Below, piece after piece: positions 62,723 through 64,000 of a DNA stretch of 64,000 bases. Within the stretch, counting starts at the first letter, position 1. Each line of letters opens with the position of its first letter. The translations under genes and the position numbers were made by a program. The DNA comes from an uncultured Piscirickettsiaceae bacterium (lineage in GTDB: Bacteria; Pseudomonadota; Gammaproteobacteria; GCF-002020875), in the NCBI GenBank assembly GCA_964415865.1, contig CAYQBY010000004.1, forward strand, positions 4,285 to 68,284, read 5' to 3'. The notes below the pieces were generated by a model, which was given only the letters and a program-made list of their open reading frames with translations, did no database searches and was not told the origin of the DNA.

Positions 62723-63022
62723 ATGAATACTTCATCGATAAAAGAGACTATCAGCCGTGCGACATCATGGTTAAAAATTCTTACCGACTTTGGTGTCATG
62801 CTTATCATCACCTTCATCATTATTGATATTCTGTTTCCAGGAACCACCGGGATTATTGGAAACCTTACAGAAATAGTTCAAACCGCAACCGGATCAACTA
62901 CTGACACCACAGCAACTGCCAAATCTGGTGCTGAAGTTATAACAAACAGTAATGGTGATCGTGGCCTGGTTGGGCTTGTCGCCCTATTACTGTTTCTATT
63001 TCTGCTTCGCAGAGACAAGTAG
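62723..63022 (+). CDS. Small membrane protein of unknown function (paralog 2, with Thr-rich insert)
   Basis: 99 aa; aligns by eye to paralog 1 (IDILFPG vs IEVVFG, GIIGNL vs GVVGGI, GLVGLVAL vs GLITLIVL). Confidence 0.78.
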   Translation: MNTSSIKETISRATSWLKILTDFGVMLIITFIIIDILFPGTTGIIGNLTEIVQTATGSTTDTTATAKSGAEVITNSNGDRGLVGLVALLLFLFLLRRDK

Positions 63023-63041
63023 ATATTTCAACCTGACTCAG

Positions 63042-63818
63042 TCAGGAACGATCAGACTCTTTCCGTAAAAAGAGTAACTTTCCATCATCTGAGCCATCCT
63101 CAGAGAAACGGTATCCTGCTGCAGAAAACCCTTTCAACTGTTCCACTCGGTCCAGACGGTTACGAATAACAAAATCACACATCATCCCACGTGCCTTTTT
63201 GGCATATATGCTAATAATTTTATATTGACCGTTTTTCTCATCCTTGAAAACAGGGGTAACTACAGGGAAAGCCAGCATCCCATCAACCGACTTGAAGTAC
63301 TCATTGGATGCCAGATTAACAATCACCCCACCCGCCACCTCTGCATCACGATTTATCAACGAGAAACTCTTTCCGCGCCAAAAATCATATAAGTTTTCAC
63401 CCTCGCTATTTTTAAGTCTGGTACCCATCTCCAATCTGTGTGGTTGAATCATATCAAGAGGACGCAACACCCCATATAACCCTGAGAGAATCCTTAAATG
63501 TGCCTGAGCATAATCAAAGTCCCCCTGCTCAAAAGCTGTAGCAGCCATTCCAGCATACACATCCCCTCTAAAGGCAAGAATAGCCTGCTTGGATCTTTGT
63601 TCTGAGGTATCTGTTGTCCACTGCTTGTAGCGCTCAAAGTTCAAACGAGCAAGATTGTCGCTTAATTTCATTAGACTCTTCAGGTCACCCTCACTGCACT
63701 GCTTCATGATTGAGGCAATATATTCTGCCTTCTCCATAAGTTCCGGGACTGAGGATCCTATATCTGGGGCCACCTCCTCAAACTCAAGTTTTTTGGCAGG
63801 AGAGATAAGGAGTAACAT
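63042..63818 (-). CDS. yaaA: Peroxide stress protein YaaA
   Basis: MLLLISPAKKL, FRGDVY, ILSGLYGVLRPLD, HRLEMGT, LASNEY, AKKARG. Confidence 0.96.
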   Translation of the reverse strand: MLLLISPAKKLEFEEVAPDIGSSVPELMEKAEYIASIMKQCSEGDLKSLMKLSDNLARLNFERYKQWTTDTSEQRSKQAILAFRGDVYAGMAATAFEQGDFDYAQAHLRILSGLYGVLRPLDMIQPHRLEMGTRLKNSEGENLYDFWRGKSFSLINRDAEVAGGVIVNLASNEYFKSVDGMLAFPVVTPVFKDEKNGQYKIISIYAKKARGMMCDFVIRNRLDRVEQLKGFSAAGYRFSEDGSDDGKLLFLRKESDRS

Positions 63819-64000
63819 TATTTCTGCAACTGCTCCAGATTGCCTCTTATCAGGTCAAACAGTGGAGTCAGCTTTTTTCTGATAGAACGTCCCACAGCAC
63901 CGCTATGCAACACAAAGCTGAAGGCAACCTCTTCTCTCACACAGGAGAGCAATATAATGGCCTGCAACTTTTCTCGATATTCAGGATGGTGCCCCAGAAG
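63818..64000 (-). CDS. 3' end of a hypothetical protein (partial)
   Basis: Open frame from 64000 (LLGHHPEY...GRSIRKKLTPLFDLIRGNLEQLQK*); its TAA overlaps the yaaA ATG (TAATG). Confidence 0.6.
   Translation of the reverse strand, partial: LLGHHPEYREKLQAIILLSCVREEVAFSFVLHSGAVGRSIRKKLTPLFDLIRGNLEQLQK

Overview
A core-genome segment of a Gammaproteobacterium. Gene content (split gcvPA/PB, folE2, a sulfur-globule-like protein, a multiheme c/b cytochrome) suggests a marine sulfur-oxidising or symbiont-type lineage, but this is inference and no sulfur-oxidation genes lie in the window. Most of it is housekeeping: ychF-pth-rplY-prs-tRNA-Gln-ispE-lolB, hemA-prfA-prmC-moeB-JAB, parEC, xseB-ispA-dxs-queD-folE2, glyA-nrdR-rib-nusB-thiL, ettA, efpL, aroG, purL, dapA-bamC, the gcv operon with a tandem glycine riboswitch, pepP, zapA-6S RNA-ygfA and yaaA. 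I found no integrase, transposase, phage gene or CRISPR array. Less-understood material sits at the two ends. The left 9 kb holds: a hemerythrin-like gene behind a consensus sigma54 promoter; a complete AmmeMemoRadiSam system with a fourth, overlapping Cys/His-rich membrane gene; a stand-alone 9-heme CbcL-like c/b cytochrome; a Gly/Pro/Tyr-rich secreted protein; an unannotated 49-aa ORF; and a 123-bp-period duplication of the tRNA-Met 3' end plus terminator. The right end (62.2-63.0 kb) holds two paralogous small membrane proteins of unknown function, with an AT-rich regulatory region (19-bp perfect inverted repeat, FNR-like site, TATAAT) and hairpins flanking the first gene. This pair is my best candidate for an undescribed system. 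All family assignments come from motif recognition; no searches were run.
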